From the NCBI RefSeq assembly GCF_000341895.1, contig NC_020409.1, forward strand, positions 1,740,001-1,772,000: a DNA stretch of 32,000 bases, written 5' to 3'. Each line of letters begins with the position of its first letter. The first letter of the stretch is position 1. The DNA is from Pseudodesulfovibrio piezophilus C1TLV30. Its GTDB lineage: Bacteria > Desulfobacterota > Desulfovibrionia > Desulfovibrionales > Desulfovibrionaceae. The notes beneath the pieces were generated by a model. That model saw only the letters and a program-made list of their open reading frames with translations, had not been told where the DNA came from and searched no databases. The translations under genes were made by a program, and so were the position numbers. Shown here piece by piece: positions 1 through 7,881 of this stretch.

Positions 1-353
1 TCATGCAGAAGCGCAACCAATCGACGCGTATCTATCGGTTTTGTCATCAGATCATTACAGCCGGAAGCACGAATCTCGCTTTCCTCAGTCGGAAGAGAAT
101 ACGCCGTGAGAACAATTATGGGGATGGAATTGTTGGAGGGCAATGCTCGTATTCGCTTGATAGCTTCCAACCCATCCATCACCGGCATCTGAATGTCCAT
201 GAAAATAAGATCAGGATGCTGTTCTTCGGCCATGATGACCCCGTCCAGCCCGTTCATTGCCTCCAGGGCCTGGTAACCCAACGCTTCCACAAGGTCTCTT
301 ACCAACTTCAGGCTACGGGGATCATCCTCAACAACAAGAACTTTTTTCGACAT
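1..353 (-). CDS. CheY-like response regulator receiver domain protein (3' end cut by window edge)
   Basis: Absent from the ORF track because it runs off the edge. Reverse-complement translation from ATG 353..351 gives MSKKVLVVEDDPRSLKLVRDLVEALGYQ..DLIFMDIQMPVMDG..IIVLTAY..LMTKPID, the DD/D/T/K receiver signature. The start lies 5 nt after the kinase stop codon. Confidence 0.85.
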   Translation of the reverse strand, partial: MSKKVLVVEDDPRSLKLVRDLVEALGYQALEAMNGLDGVIMAEEQHPDLIFMDIQMPVMDGLEAIKRIRALPSNNSIPIIVLTAYSLPTEESEIRASGCNDLMTKPIDTRRLVALLH

Positions 354-358
354 GAGTG

Positions 359-3300
359 CTACTCCTGATTTTCCGGTCGAGGATTCGTGGATTGCTGACC
401 GGGAAACACGAAAACAAACCGACTGCCCTGATCTTCACCTGAACTCTCAGCCCATATGGTGCCGCCCTGTAATCGCAAAAGCTGGGCAGAAAGGGGAAGT
501 CCCAGACCTGTCCCCGGAGTTTTATCGATTTTGCCCGATTTGACCTGATAAAAGGAATCAAAAATCTTGAAAAGTTGCGATTCGTCAATCCCGATACCCG
601 TATCCGTGATCGAGACGAGAAGCCAATCAGATTGATCTGAAGCCAATTCTCCCCAAAGTGTCTCTGGGACCTTCTCCCGTACCGAACCAAAATCAAGCCG
701 ACTTGCAGCAAGAGTTATTTGTCCGCCATCCGGTGTAAACTTGGAGGCATTGGAAAGGAGATTGAACAAAACCTGCTTGATCTTCCGTTCATCAGCACTC
801 ACCATCCCTATATCTTCTGGAAAATCCGTCACCAACTCTATATTGTGTTTTTTTGCCTTTTCCCTGATATAAATGAGACTTGTGCTCAAAAGCATATCCA
901 GATCAAATTGGGAAAGCTGGATTTCCATTTTGCCTGCTTCAATCTTGGAGAGATCAAGAACATCATTGATCAGTGCCAGAAGGTGCTGCCCGCTTTGCAG
1001 GATATCGACGATATATTCGTCCTGTTTCTCTGTCAGCGGTCCAAAGTATTTATCCTGAAGTACTTCTGCAAAACCGATAACCGCGTTGAGTGGAGTCCGT
1101 AATTCATGACTCATGCTCGCCAGAAAATTCGACTTTGCCTGACTGGCCGCTTCCGCGATTTCCTGGGCAGTCTGAGCCTCATTACGTGCGTCGATGAGGC
1201 TTTGCTCAGACCGTTTGCGCTCTGTAATATCCGAAATAAAACAACACATGAAATGAGTCTCTTCAGCGATCAGAAAATAGGTTACCAATTCGACGGCAAG
1301 CCGGGTTCCATCACTGCGCCGCAGCATCGTTTCAAAACTCACTCCTTCGAGTTTGCGTGCCCGTTCGAAAACTTCTGTCAAATGTTCCGAATCAAGATCA
1401 GGAAGAATTTCGTTGATGGAAAGGGTCAACAATGCATCCTTCTCCCTCCCTATCTGCCTGACCGCACCATCATTGACATCGAAAATGGAACCATCCGGCC
1501 GTACCCAATAAATCCCCTCTCGAGATCGATCCACAGAAAGGCGGGTTCGCCGTAAGGCTTCATCCATTTGCTTTCTTTTAGAAATATCCTCTATCACTGA
1601 AATGAAATGGATTGGTTCACCATCTATGTCTCTCATGAGCGAGACTGTGAGATTGACCCAAACCAGACCTCCGTCCTTGGTCCAGTACCGTTTTTCCATT
1701 CGGTAGTTCTGAATCTCGCCGGAAATCACTTTGCCGACCAACTCCAGATCCGTTGCCAGGTCATCGGGATGAGTGATGTCCTGAAAGGTCTTGTGGATCA
1801 ATTCACTCCTCGGGTATCCGACAATCTCACAAAGCTTGTCATTAATTCGAATCCAGGAACCATCCAATCCCACGTGGGCAAGCCCGACTGCCGCCTGATC
1901 AAAAGTGGCCCGAAAGCGCGCCTGGCTGATCTGAGCAGCCTTTTCAGCCTTCCGTATTTCGGTCAAATCCCTCAGTGTCGCAGTGAAAAAGCGCTCTCTG
2001 CCAACCACAACTTCACTGACTCCCAGGTGCACAGGAAATTTTGACCCATCCTTGCGCAGCCCAAAAGCCTCACGCCCCTCGCCCATTATTTTCCGTTCCC
2101 CTGTCAGCAGATATCTGTCCACGTATGATGCGTGCTCCTCACGATAAGGGGAGGGCTGGAGCATGGTCACGCTTCTCCCGACGACTTCCGAGGCCTTATA
2201 CCCGAAAATCCCCTCTGCGGCCTTGTTGAATCCCAAAATATTCCCTTGAATATCCGCACTGACTATCCCTTCCAGCGTATTATCAATGATGGCAGCATTG
2301 ATCGCTTCACTTCGTTCCAACTGATGGTTTGCCATCTCCAGTTCTTTGGTCCGTTTCGCCACCTGACTTTCAAGATTTGCGTAAAGATCACTCAATTTGT
2401 TTGCCATATCATTGAATATTCTGGAAAGAGTCCCGAATTCATCATCGTTGATGGACTGGACACGCAACTCCCTCTTGCCAGCCGCATACCCCGTCATGGT
2501 TCGACTCAACTCCTGAATCGGTCGAGTAATGACGATCCCACCGTACATGGCAATGCACAGCCCGCTAATCAATGCCCCCAAAGGAATCAGAAACACGAAC
2601 CATGAGAGACTCCTGAGAATTGAAACCACAGACGGAGCTCGAACGAGATGAATAAGTGTCAAAATCTTCCGACTCGAACCAATCTCCATCTGAATGGGTG
2701 TTGCATCCCACTGCGTTCCTTCAATGGCTAACGTTGTTTGCGAGTTATCCATCAATGATTTGGAATGTTCCGGAAAATCAGTGAAAATACCCGTTCGAGA
2801 ATCAGGATCAACCATGCCCCATATCTTTTCCGGGGATTTCTCATTATAAATATAGGTTCCGTCATTATTGACGATCATCCAAAACCCACGACTTTCAGGC
2901 ATGGTGCTGACCAGATCGTCTATGAGTTCATTTCCATAATAGTTGAGAATGACCAACCCGATCTTGTCGTCCCCTCTGTAGATTGGGGAAATAAACCTGA
3001 GCATCGGATTGTACGGAAGCTCAATCCGATTATTTTCCATATTCAGATCAAGTTGCGAGATGTAGACCTCGCCTTTCCCTACTGCCAAGGCTTCCTTATA
3101 GTAATATCGATTACTTTTTTTCTGGAGATTCTTCTCGCTCACAATCTTTGAACGCCCGCTGATATAATCAACACGCCCTCTTTCAAATCCAACCAGATCG
3201 ATAATTCGCAGCTGTCCATATATTTTTTTTGATTCCAGGAAGTTTGACATGAAATCGTAGAGTGCATCACGATTCTCCGACGACAAGGAATTCGTCTTCA

Positions 3301-3547
3301 GATCTTTTGCCAGGTACGGTCGCATGGCATCCACAAGGAAGAGAATGTCAGATCGGGCAATGTTGATTCTATTCTGTAAAAAGCCCTTTGCCGATCTCAA
3401 CAGAACCTTCTCTTCCTGATGCTGCTGCTGTACCTGCTCACGAAGCATAAAAAATGTTGTCAGCCCTGTGCCTGTGGTAAAAAAGGGGACAAGCGTCAAG
3501 ACTGTCAGAATCATGAGCTTTTTCTTGACACCAAAAAAGAATGACAT
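359..3547 (-). CDS. Sensor histidine kinase (TM, extracytoplasmic Cache-like region, TM, HAMP, three PAS-like repeats, HisKA, HATPase_c)
   Basis: ORF 359..3592. Preferred start is ATG 3547 (MSFFFGVKKK, GAGG about 9 nt upstream). Two hydrophobic segments flank a ~280-aa region. H-box SHELRTPLNAVIGF; ATP-binding boxes DTGIGI and GTGLGL. No receiver domain. Confidence 0.9.
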   Translation of the reverse strand: MSFFFGVKKKLMILTVLTLVPFFTTGTGLTTFFMLREQVQQQHQEEKVLLRSAKGFLQNRINIARSDILFLVDAMRPYLAKDLKTNSLSSENRDALYDFMSNFLESKKIYGQLRIIDLVGFERGRVDYISGRSKIVSEKNLQKKSNRYYYKEALAVGKGEVYISQLDLNMENNRIELPYNPMLRFISPIYRGDDKIGLVILNYYGNELIDDLVSTMPESRGFWMIVNNDGTYIYNEKSPEKIWGMVDPDSRTGIFTDFPEHSKSLMDNSQTTLAIEGTQWDATPIQMEIGSSRKILTLIHLVRAPSVVSILRSLSWFVFLIPLGALISGLCIAMYGGIVITRPIQELSRTMTGYAAGKRELRVQSINDDEFGTLSRIFNDMANKLSDLYANLESQVAKRTKELEMANHQLERSEAINAAIIDNTLEGIVSADIQGNILGFNKAAEGIFGYKASEVVGRSVTMLQPSPYREEHASYVDRYLLTGERKIMGEGREAFGLRKDGSKFPVHLGVSEVVVGRERFFTATLRDLTEIRKAEKAAQISQARFRATFDQAAVGLAHVGLDGSWIRINDKLCEIVGYPRSELIHKTFQDITHPDDLATDLELVGKVISGEIQNYRMEKRYWTKDGGLVWVNLTVSLMRDIDGEPIHFISVIEDISKRKQMDEALRRTRLSVDRSREGIYWVRPDGSIFDVNDGAVRQIGREKDALLTLSINEILPDLDSEHLTEVFERARKLEGVSFETMLRRSDGTRLAVELVTYFLIAEETHFMCCFISDITERKRSEQSLIDARNEAQTAQEIAEAASQAKSNFLASMSHELRTPLNAVIGFAEVLQDKYFGPLTEKQDEYIVDILQSGQHLLALINDVLDLSKIEAGKMEIQLSQFDLDMLLSTSLIYIREKAKKHNIELVTDFPEDIGMVSADERKIKQVLFNLLSNASKFTPDGGQITLAASRLDFGSVREKVPETLWGELASDQSDWLLVSITDTGIGIDESQLFKIFDSFYQVKSGKIDKTPGTGLGLPLSAQLLRLQGGTIWAESSGEDQGSRFVFVFPGQQSTNPRPENQE

Positions 3548-3811
3548 ACTTCGTGCCTCACTTTGAAACAATGCAAAGACTCTGTGGACCACTCTGGGGG
3601 GAAAAGCTCTCTGTTGGAGCTGAAAACGTTCAAGAACTCATTCCACCGCACACCTTATACACTCCTTATTACAGGTACCCTTCAGTCATGGAATGATTTT
3701 ATTAAGCATATATTTCTCAGGAAAAATCCGACAACAAAGTACCATAAAAGAGAAGAAAGCCCATGCTCTTCTAACTGCCATTCTGCCAGACTCCTCGTGC
3801 CTCCGGGCGTC

Positions 3812-3857
3812 AAATAAGAAAGGCCCGGTCTCAAAAGAGACCGGGCCTTTCTTATTT
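3812..3857. terminator. Perfect 21-bp stem hairpin, rho-independent terminator downstream of roo
   Basis: aaataagaaaggcccggtctc-aaaa-gagaccgggcctttcttattt. The A/T-rich stem ends give U-tracts in both orientations. It lies 15 nt after the roo stop. Confidence 0.8.
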
Positions 3858-3872
3858 AATATCAATCAATGG

Positions 3873-5078
3873 CTAACCAATTTTTTCCTTAATGGCGGCA
3901 GCCAGGGCTTTTCCCTGATTATAGCATTCCGCGAGCGTATCATGGGTCGGGACATGCTTGACCTTGACCGGATCAAGGACTTCCATCCCCATATCTTCCA
4001 ACCACCCGTTGAGAATCTTGACGCATTCTCCAGACCACCCAAAGGAGCCAATGGCTGAACCAATTTTATTCTGGGGGCGCAATCCTTTCATGTAGGTCAG
4101 CATGTCAGCCATCAACGGCAGAATCCCGTTGTTATGCGTCGGTGACCCGACAACAACCGCTGCGGCATCAAAAACTTCTGTCATAACATCGGAATGATCG
4201 TTTGACTTCATGGACATGACGCGCACGGAGACACCTTCATCCGCCAATCCAGAGGCAACGGCATTGGCCATTCTCTCTGTTGAATGCCACATCGTGTCAT
4301 AGACGATGACAGCCTTGTTCTTGGGTTTCTGCTCGGCGAATTCGGTATATTTGTCAAAAACCCACTGAATGTCTTCCTTGCCACGGAACATGAGACCATG
4401 ATCAGGACAAATCATCTCGATATCAAGATTCATTTCGCCCAGAGCCTTGAGGGTCTTCAACACGACAGGGGAGTACGGCAGGACGATGTTAGCATAGTAT
4501 GCTCCCATCAACTCTTCCAAAGTTGACCGATTGACCTCATCTGCCCAGCGCTCACTGGTTGCCCAGTTCTGGCCAAACGCGTCGTTGGTAAAGGCAATCT
4601 TTTCCTCTGGGCAGTATGTCAGCATGGCATCGGGCCAATGCAGCATACGGGTTTCCACAAACTGCAATGTCCGCTTGCCGAGGGCAATCTCGGTGCCGGT
4701 AGGCACGACTTCCACAGGCCAATCGGTGTAATGGAAATGAGCCTTCATAGCTTTTTCACCCATGGGAGACGTATAGATCTTCTCAGGGCGGTACTTCTCG
4801 AAAGCATACTCCAGGCAGCCTGCATGATCGGGTTCCAGATGGTTGATGACGAAGTAGTCAATCTTTCCATCCGGTCCCAAGGCATGGGCCAGATTGCATT
4901 TGAGGGTATCCCAAAATTCGGCAGCCACTGTATCGATCAGGACTGTCTTCTCATCCTTGATCAGGAAGTTATTATAGGTGGTTCCTTTGTGCGCGATGGA
5001 GTAGCCATGGAAGTTTCTACGATTCCAGTCCACGACACCGGTCCAAAACACGCCTTCCTTTATTTCAACTGGTTTCAT
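3873..5078 (-). CDS. roo: Flavodiiron protein, rubredoxin:oxygen oxidoreductase type (FprA/ROO)
   Basis: 401 aa. N-terminal metallo-beta-lactamase-like diiron motif HLEPDHAG and C-terminal flavodoxin-like VVVGSPTHNNG. GGAGAA Shine-Dalgarno (SD) before ATG 5078. Lies immediately downstream of rubredoxin. Confidence 0.9.
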   Translation of the reverse strand: MKPVEIKEGVFWTGVVDWNRRNFHGYSIAHKGTTYNNFLIKDEKTVLIDTVAAEFWDTLKCNLAHALGPDGKIDYFVINHLEPDHAGCLEYAFEKYRPEKIYTSPMGEKAMKAHFHYTDWPVEVVPTGTEIALGKRTLQFVETRMLHWPDAMLTYCPEEKIAFTNDAFGQNWATSERWADEVNRSTLEELMGAYYANIVLPYSPVVLKTLKALGEMNLDIEMICPDHGLMFRGKEDIQWVFDKYTEFAEQKPKNKAVIVYDTMWHSTERMANAVASGLADEGVSVRVMSMKSNDHSDVMTEVFDAAAVVVGSPTHNNGILPLMADMLTYMKGLRPQNKIGSAIGSFGWSGECVKILNGWLEDMGMEVLDPVKVKHVPTHDTLAECYNQGKALAAAIKEKIG

Positions 5079-5108
5079 CTTTTTCTCCGCATTGAATGGT
5101 CAATCAAC

Positions 5109-5148
5109 CAAAAGGGCAAAAAGAAGCGCGAGCCGTGGCACGCGCTTC
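5109..5148 (-). terminator. Terminator/attenuator-like hairpin in the rub-roo spacer
   Basis: On the minus strand: GAAGCGCG-N10-CGCGCTTC followed by TTTTTGCCCTTTTGG. Sits inside the 95-nt gap between the rub stop (5174) and the roo start (5078). Confidence 0.5.
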
Positions 5149-5173
5149 ATCCCGCGATGTCGGGCGATTTTTT

Positions 5174-5335
5174 CTAGTCTTCAGGAACAAAACTGTCCTT
5201 GGTTGCACCACAAATAGGGCAGGTCCAATCATCGGGCAGATCCTCGAAACTGGTGCCAGCCGGGATATCATTGTCGGCATCTCCAACTTCTGGATCGTAA
5301 ACATAGCCGCAAATTTCGCATACGTATTTCTGCAT
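5174..5335 (-). CDS. rub: Rubredoxin (53 aa)
   Basis: [53 protein letters not shown], with canonical CxxC..CPxCG. AAGGAG lies 7 nt upstream of ATG 5335. Confidence 0.92.
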   Translation of the reverse strand: MQKYVCEICGYVYDPEVGDADNDIPAGTSFEDLPDDWTCPICGATKDSFVPED

Positions 5336-5620
5336 CTGATTCTCCTTTTGGTCTGATACTGTTGCAGTAGTGGGGGCGGCTGTCAACTTCTGCGAATCGG
5401 TTTCCACCGGGAGTTCACAGTCCGCCTGAGTCGAGCCTGCTCCGGCCAACGGTCTGAAGCATTTCTTCGAACCGCCACAAATCGGGCATCGCCACTCATC
5501 GGGCAATTCCTGAAACAAGGTACCTTTGGAAATTTTTCCTCTTCGGTCCCCTTTGTCAGGGTTGTAAATATATCCGCAGTTCACGGTTTGGCACTGCCAC
5601 ATGTCTTCTGGCTTCGCCAT
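5174..5620 (-). CDS. Rubredoxin-like (Rdl-type, Cx4C..CxxC) ORF reading in frame, with no stop codon, through a ~40-aa linker into the rubredoxin gene (148 aa if made as one chain)
   Basis: ATG 5620 is preceded by GGAGGA. Sequence is [55 protein letters not shown], then [40 protein letters not shown], then [10 protein letters not shown]. The ORF track shows one continuous frame. The 78 codons upstream of 5620 look non-coding. Confidence 0.6.
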   Translation of the reverse strand: MAKPEDMWQCQTVNCGYIYNPDKGDRRGKISKGTLFQELPDEWRCPICGGSKKCFRPLAGAGSTQADCELPVETDSQKLTAAPTTATVSDQKENQMQKYVCEICGYVYDPEVGDADNDIPAGTSFEDLPDDWTCPICGATKDSFVPED

Positions 5621-5892
5621 CGCGTTCCTCCACTGTTCCCGTCCCGGTTCAAAACTGAACAGGGACACTTTATGCCCGTAACGTTCCTTCTCACCTCGGC
5701 CAAGGGGAGGAATACCAAATGCCGTTTTTTTTGGAAACAGCATACACGGGGACCATGAAGGGGCAGTCGCCCTGCCCCTTATGATTTGAGTCTGGCTGAC
5801 AGAATTCCCGATGACATCCACTCCGGGGAAGCGCCCCGGCCTTGTCGCGTACAAACGCGGAACAAACAGGAATCTATCGTGATCGCAAACGC

Positions 5893-6279
5893 CTATTTAC
5901 CGGCCCACAAGCCATGAATATTGCAATATTCCCGAGCGGTGATGTCACCGGTCAGTCCGCTGACACAGAATTCTGCCACGGGAGCATCGCCTGGCTTGAG
6001 TATCTTTGTCAGCACAGTATCGCCGACGCACAGTTCTATCCATTCGATGTAATGCTTTTCTTCCATGGGGTGGGCAGTAGAACCGACCTTCACGGTGACT
6101 TTGTCTCCATCTTTTTCAATGACGGGGATATGCTTTTCGACGGCTGCGTCAACAGTATTTTCAGTCATCAGCACCATCTCTTCGCCGCAACAGACCAGAT
6201 CGCCGCCGCCTGCATGAATCGCCATAACGATGTTGCCACAGGCATTGCATTTGTAAACTTCACCAAGTTTGATAGCCAT
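5893..6279 (-). CDS. dfx: Desulfoferrodoxin (2Fe superoxide reductase, Dfx/Rbo)
   Basis: 128 aa. N-terminal desulforedoxin-like CNACGN..CCGEEM. C-terminal neelaredoxin-like [33 protein letters not shown]. Lies 27 nt after the rbr stop. Confidence 0.92.
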   Translation of the reverse strand: MAIKLGEVYKCNACGNIVMAIHAGGGDLVCCGEEMVLMTENTVDAAVEKHIPVIEKDGDKVTVKVGSTAHPMEEKHYIEWIELCVGDTVLTKILKPGDAPVAEFCVSGLTGDITAREYCNIHGLWAGK

Positions 6280-6306
6280 TGAGTCGTCTCCTTGTAAGGT
6301 TGAGGT

Positions 6307-6879
6307 TTACCAGTTGTAGTCTCTCATCTCGAAATGGGCCTTGGGGTGCGCACAGGCAGGACATTCGTCCGGGGCACTGGCTCCTGTGTGGTTGTATCCA
6401 CAGTTCTGGCACCGCCAGGTGATTTTCTCTTCCTTGGCGAAAACAGTGCCATTTTCGATATTTTCGATCAACTTATTGTATCGTTCTTCGTGGTAGGTCT
6501 CGGCAATGGCGATGTGCTCCATGACATCGGCGATTTCATCGAATCCCTCCTGACGCGCGACCTTCGCAAATTCAGGGTACATCTCAGAGTACTCTTCATG
6601 CTCGCCAGCAGCAGAAGCCTTCAGATTTTCCAGAGTCGTTCCTATCTTTCCCGCAGGGAAAGAGGCAACGATTTCTGCATCGCCACCTTCAAGAAACTTG
6701 AACAGGCGTTTGGCATGCTCTTTCTCATGATTGGCGGTCTCTTCAAAAATCTTGGATATCTGAACGTATCCTTCCTTTTTAGCCACACTGGCAAAATAGG
6801 TGTATCTGTTGCGAGCTTGGGATTCGCCACAGAATGCTGTCAAAATGTTCTTTTCGGTCTGGGTTCCTTTAAGTGACAT
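6307..6879 (-). CDS. rbr: Rubrerythrin
   Basis: Start re-set to ATG 6879 (MSLKGTQTEKNILTAF, AGGAGG SD), giving 190 aa. Diiron ligand helices EKEHAKR and GEHEE. C-terminal rubredoxin-like CQNCGY..CPAC. The 60 upstream codons of track ORF 6307..7059 are rejected. Confidence 0.92.
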   Translation of the reverse strand: MSLKGTQTEKNILTAFCGESQARNRYTYFASVAKKEGYVQISKIFEETANHEKEHAKRLFKFLEGGDAEIVASFPAGKIGTTLENLKASAAGEHEEYSEMYPEFAKVARQEGFDEIADVMEHIAIAETYHEERYNKLIENIENGTVFAKEEKITWRCQNCGYNHTGASAPDECPACAHPKAHFEMRDYNW

Positions 6880-7061
6880 ACAGTCCTCCTGACATGAATG
6901 TAGAATTTGAATTGATGCAAAATTCACTTTGCGACACCTGTTTACCATATCCGTTCGGAATGTACACCTCCTGGCAAAAACTGGCGTATTATTTTCACCA
7001 GTGGTGACATGGCAGATGAAAACTGATTTCTTTTCATAAAATAAGACTTTTATGACCAATC

Positions 7062-7099
7062 TAGGAATTATTACTATTTACTTTGCCAAACTCTGTCAA
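7062..7099 (-). promoter_or_regulatory. Predicted rbr promoter (TTGACA-N17-TAGTAAT) with overlapping 7-1-7 palindromic PerR/Fur-type operator
   Basis: On the minus strand, TTGACA is at 7099..7094, a 17-nt spacer follows, and TAGTAAT is at 7076..7070. The palindrome taggaattattacta (7062..7076) starts at the -10. A near-identical module lies upstream of perR. Confidence 0.6.
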
Positions 7100-7118
7100 G
7101 CCGGAATCGGAAGCTTTA

Positions 7119-7163
7119 TAAAAAAAACGAAAAGACCAAGCAGTCGAAACTGCTTGGTCTTTT
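7119..7163 (-). terminator. Rho-independent terminator after perR
   Basis: Stem aaaagaccaagcag-tcgaaa-ctgcttggtctttt (14 bp), followed on the minus strand by TTTCGTTTTTTTT. Lies 20 nt after the perR stop. Confidence 0.8.
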
Positions 7164-7182
7164 CGAAAATCTCTCTGACAGA

Positions 7183-7581
7183 CTACTGCTGAGTCTTCTG
7201 GCACTTGGGGCAGACACCCACGAATTCAACATTGGTGTTAAGAATCGTGTAGCCGCTCGTACAGGAATCAGGAATTATCGGGATTTCGACATCGCACTCG
7301 ACATCGGCAACTTGAGTACACACCGCACACCGTATATGAGGATGCGGTTCTGCCACACCGTCAAACCGCTTCTGAGCTCCGGGCGCCCCCAGCTTGAGGA
7401 CAAGACCTTTACTACTCAGAAACTCGAGATTGCGGTACACAGTTCCAAGGCTGATACGAGGGATGATCTTGCGGACCATATCGTACACTTCATCGGCTGT
7501 GGGGTGAGAATTCACCTTTTGCAACTCTTCCAGTATCACTTTCCGCTGTTTGGAAAGTCTAAATCCCATTTCGGAAGCCAT
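7183..7581 (-). CDS. perR: Fur-family metalloregulator, PerR-like by context
   Basis: 132 aa. Winged-helix N-terminus (RLSKQRKVILEEL..HPTADEVY..ISLGTVYRNL), HPHIRCAVC and CPKC zinc motifs, GGGAGG SD. The PerR assignment rests on adjacency to rbr/dfx and the shared operator. It cannot be separated from Fur or Zur by sequence inspection alone. Confidence 0.75.
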   Translation of the reverse strand: MASEMGFRLSKQRKVILEELQKVNSHPTADEVYDMVRKIIPRISLGTVYRNLEFLSSKGLVLKLGAPGAQKRFDGVAEPHPHIRCAVCTQVADVECDVEIPIIPDSCTSGYTILNTNVEFVGVCPKCQKTQQ

Positions 7582-7603
7582 AGGCTACCTCCCAAAATCT
7601 TTA

Positions 7604-7641
7604 TAGCAATAATTACTATTCCGTCTTGACCTTTTTGTCAA
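7604..7641 (-). promoter_or_regulatory. Predicted perR promoter (TTGACA-N17-TAGTAAT) with overlapping 7-1-7 palindromic operator (autoregulation)
   Basis: On the minus strand, TTGACA is at 7641..7636, a 17-nt spacer follows, and TAGTAAT is at 7618..7612. The palindrome is tagcaataattacta (7604..7618). The geometry matches the rbr module. Confidence 0.6.
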
Positions 7642-7819
7642 GACCCCCCGCCGGTTGTGTCTGTAAAGCCTTCTACGGCAATACATTCAAAGTGTTATAC
7701 AAGATAATTGCCAACACGGACGTGTTCCCCCAGGCAATTTGTGCCTTTTCAGATTTAAAGCTGAACGACTCCCTCTTTCGAATACAGACTATGCATTGAC
7801 CATTTTGAGCCCATGCTCC

Positions 7820-7864
7820 ACAAAACAAGCCGGGGCGACTCGATTATGTATCGAACCGCCCCGG
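7820..7864 (-). terminator. Rho-independent terminator after the chemoreceptor gene
   Basis: On the minus strand: CCGGGGCG..(inner TCGAT/ATCGA pairing)..CGCCCCGG followed by CTTGTTTTGTGG. Lies 18 nt after the stop at 7882. Confidence 0.65.
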
Positions 7865-7881
7865 ACATGACTGCATGTCTC

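Noticed and set aside
3-368. Plus-strand 121-aa ORF at the window start.
   Set aside because: It is antisense to a clean CheY-like receiver domain that starts 5 nt after the kinase stop.
5621-5854. N-terminal 78 codons of track ORF 5174..5854.
   Set aside because: No SD at 5854, no recognisable protein features, and hairpin-rich sequence. A strong GGAGGA-ATG lies at 5620, exactly where the rubredoxin-like module begins.
6880-7059. N-terminal 60-codon extension of the rubrerythrin ORF.
   Set aside because: Rubrerythrin homology begins at MSLKGTQTEKN, with AGGAGG just upstream. The extension would run across the predicted 5' UTR toward the promoter and operator.
7623-7644. Perfect palindrome gtcttgac-cttttt-gtcaagac upstream of perR, considered as a terminator or a second operator.
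   Set aside because: It has no U-tract in the minus orientation. It simply contains the -35 TTGACA of the predicted perR promoter and its mirror copy. A role as a binding site cannot be excluded, but nothing in the sequence requires one.
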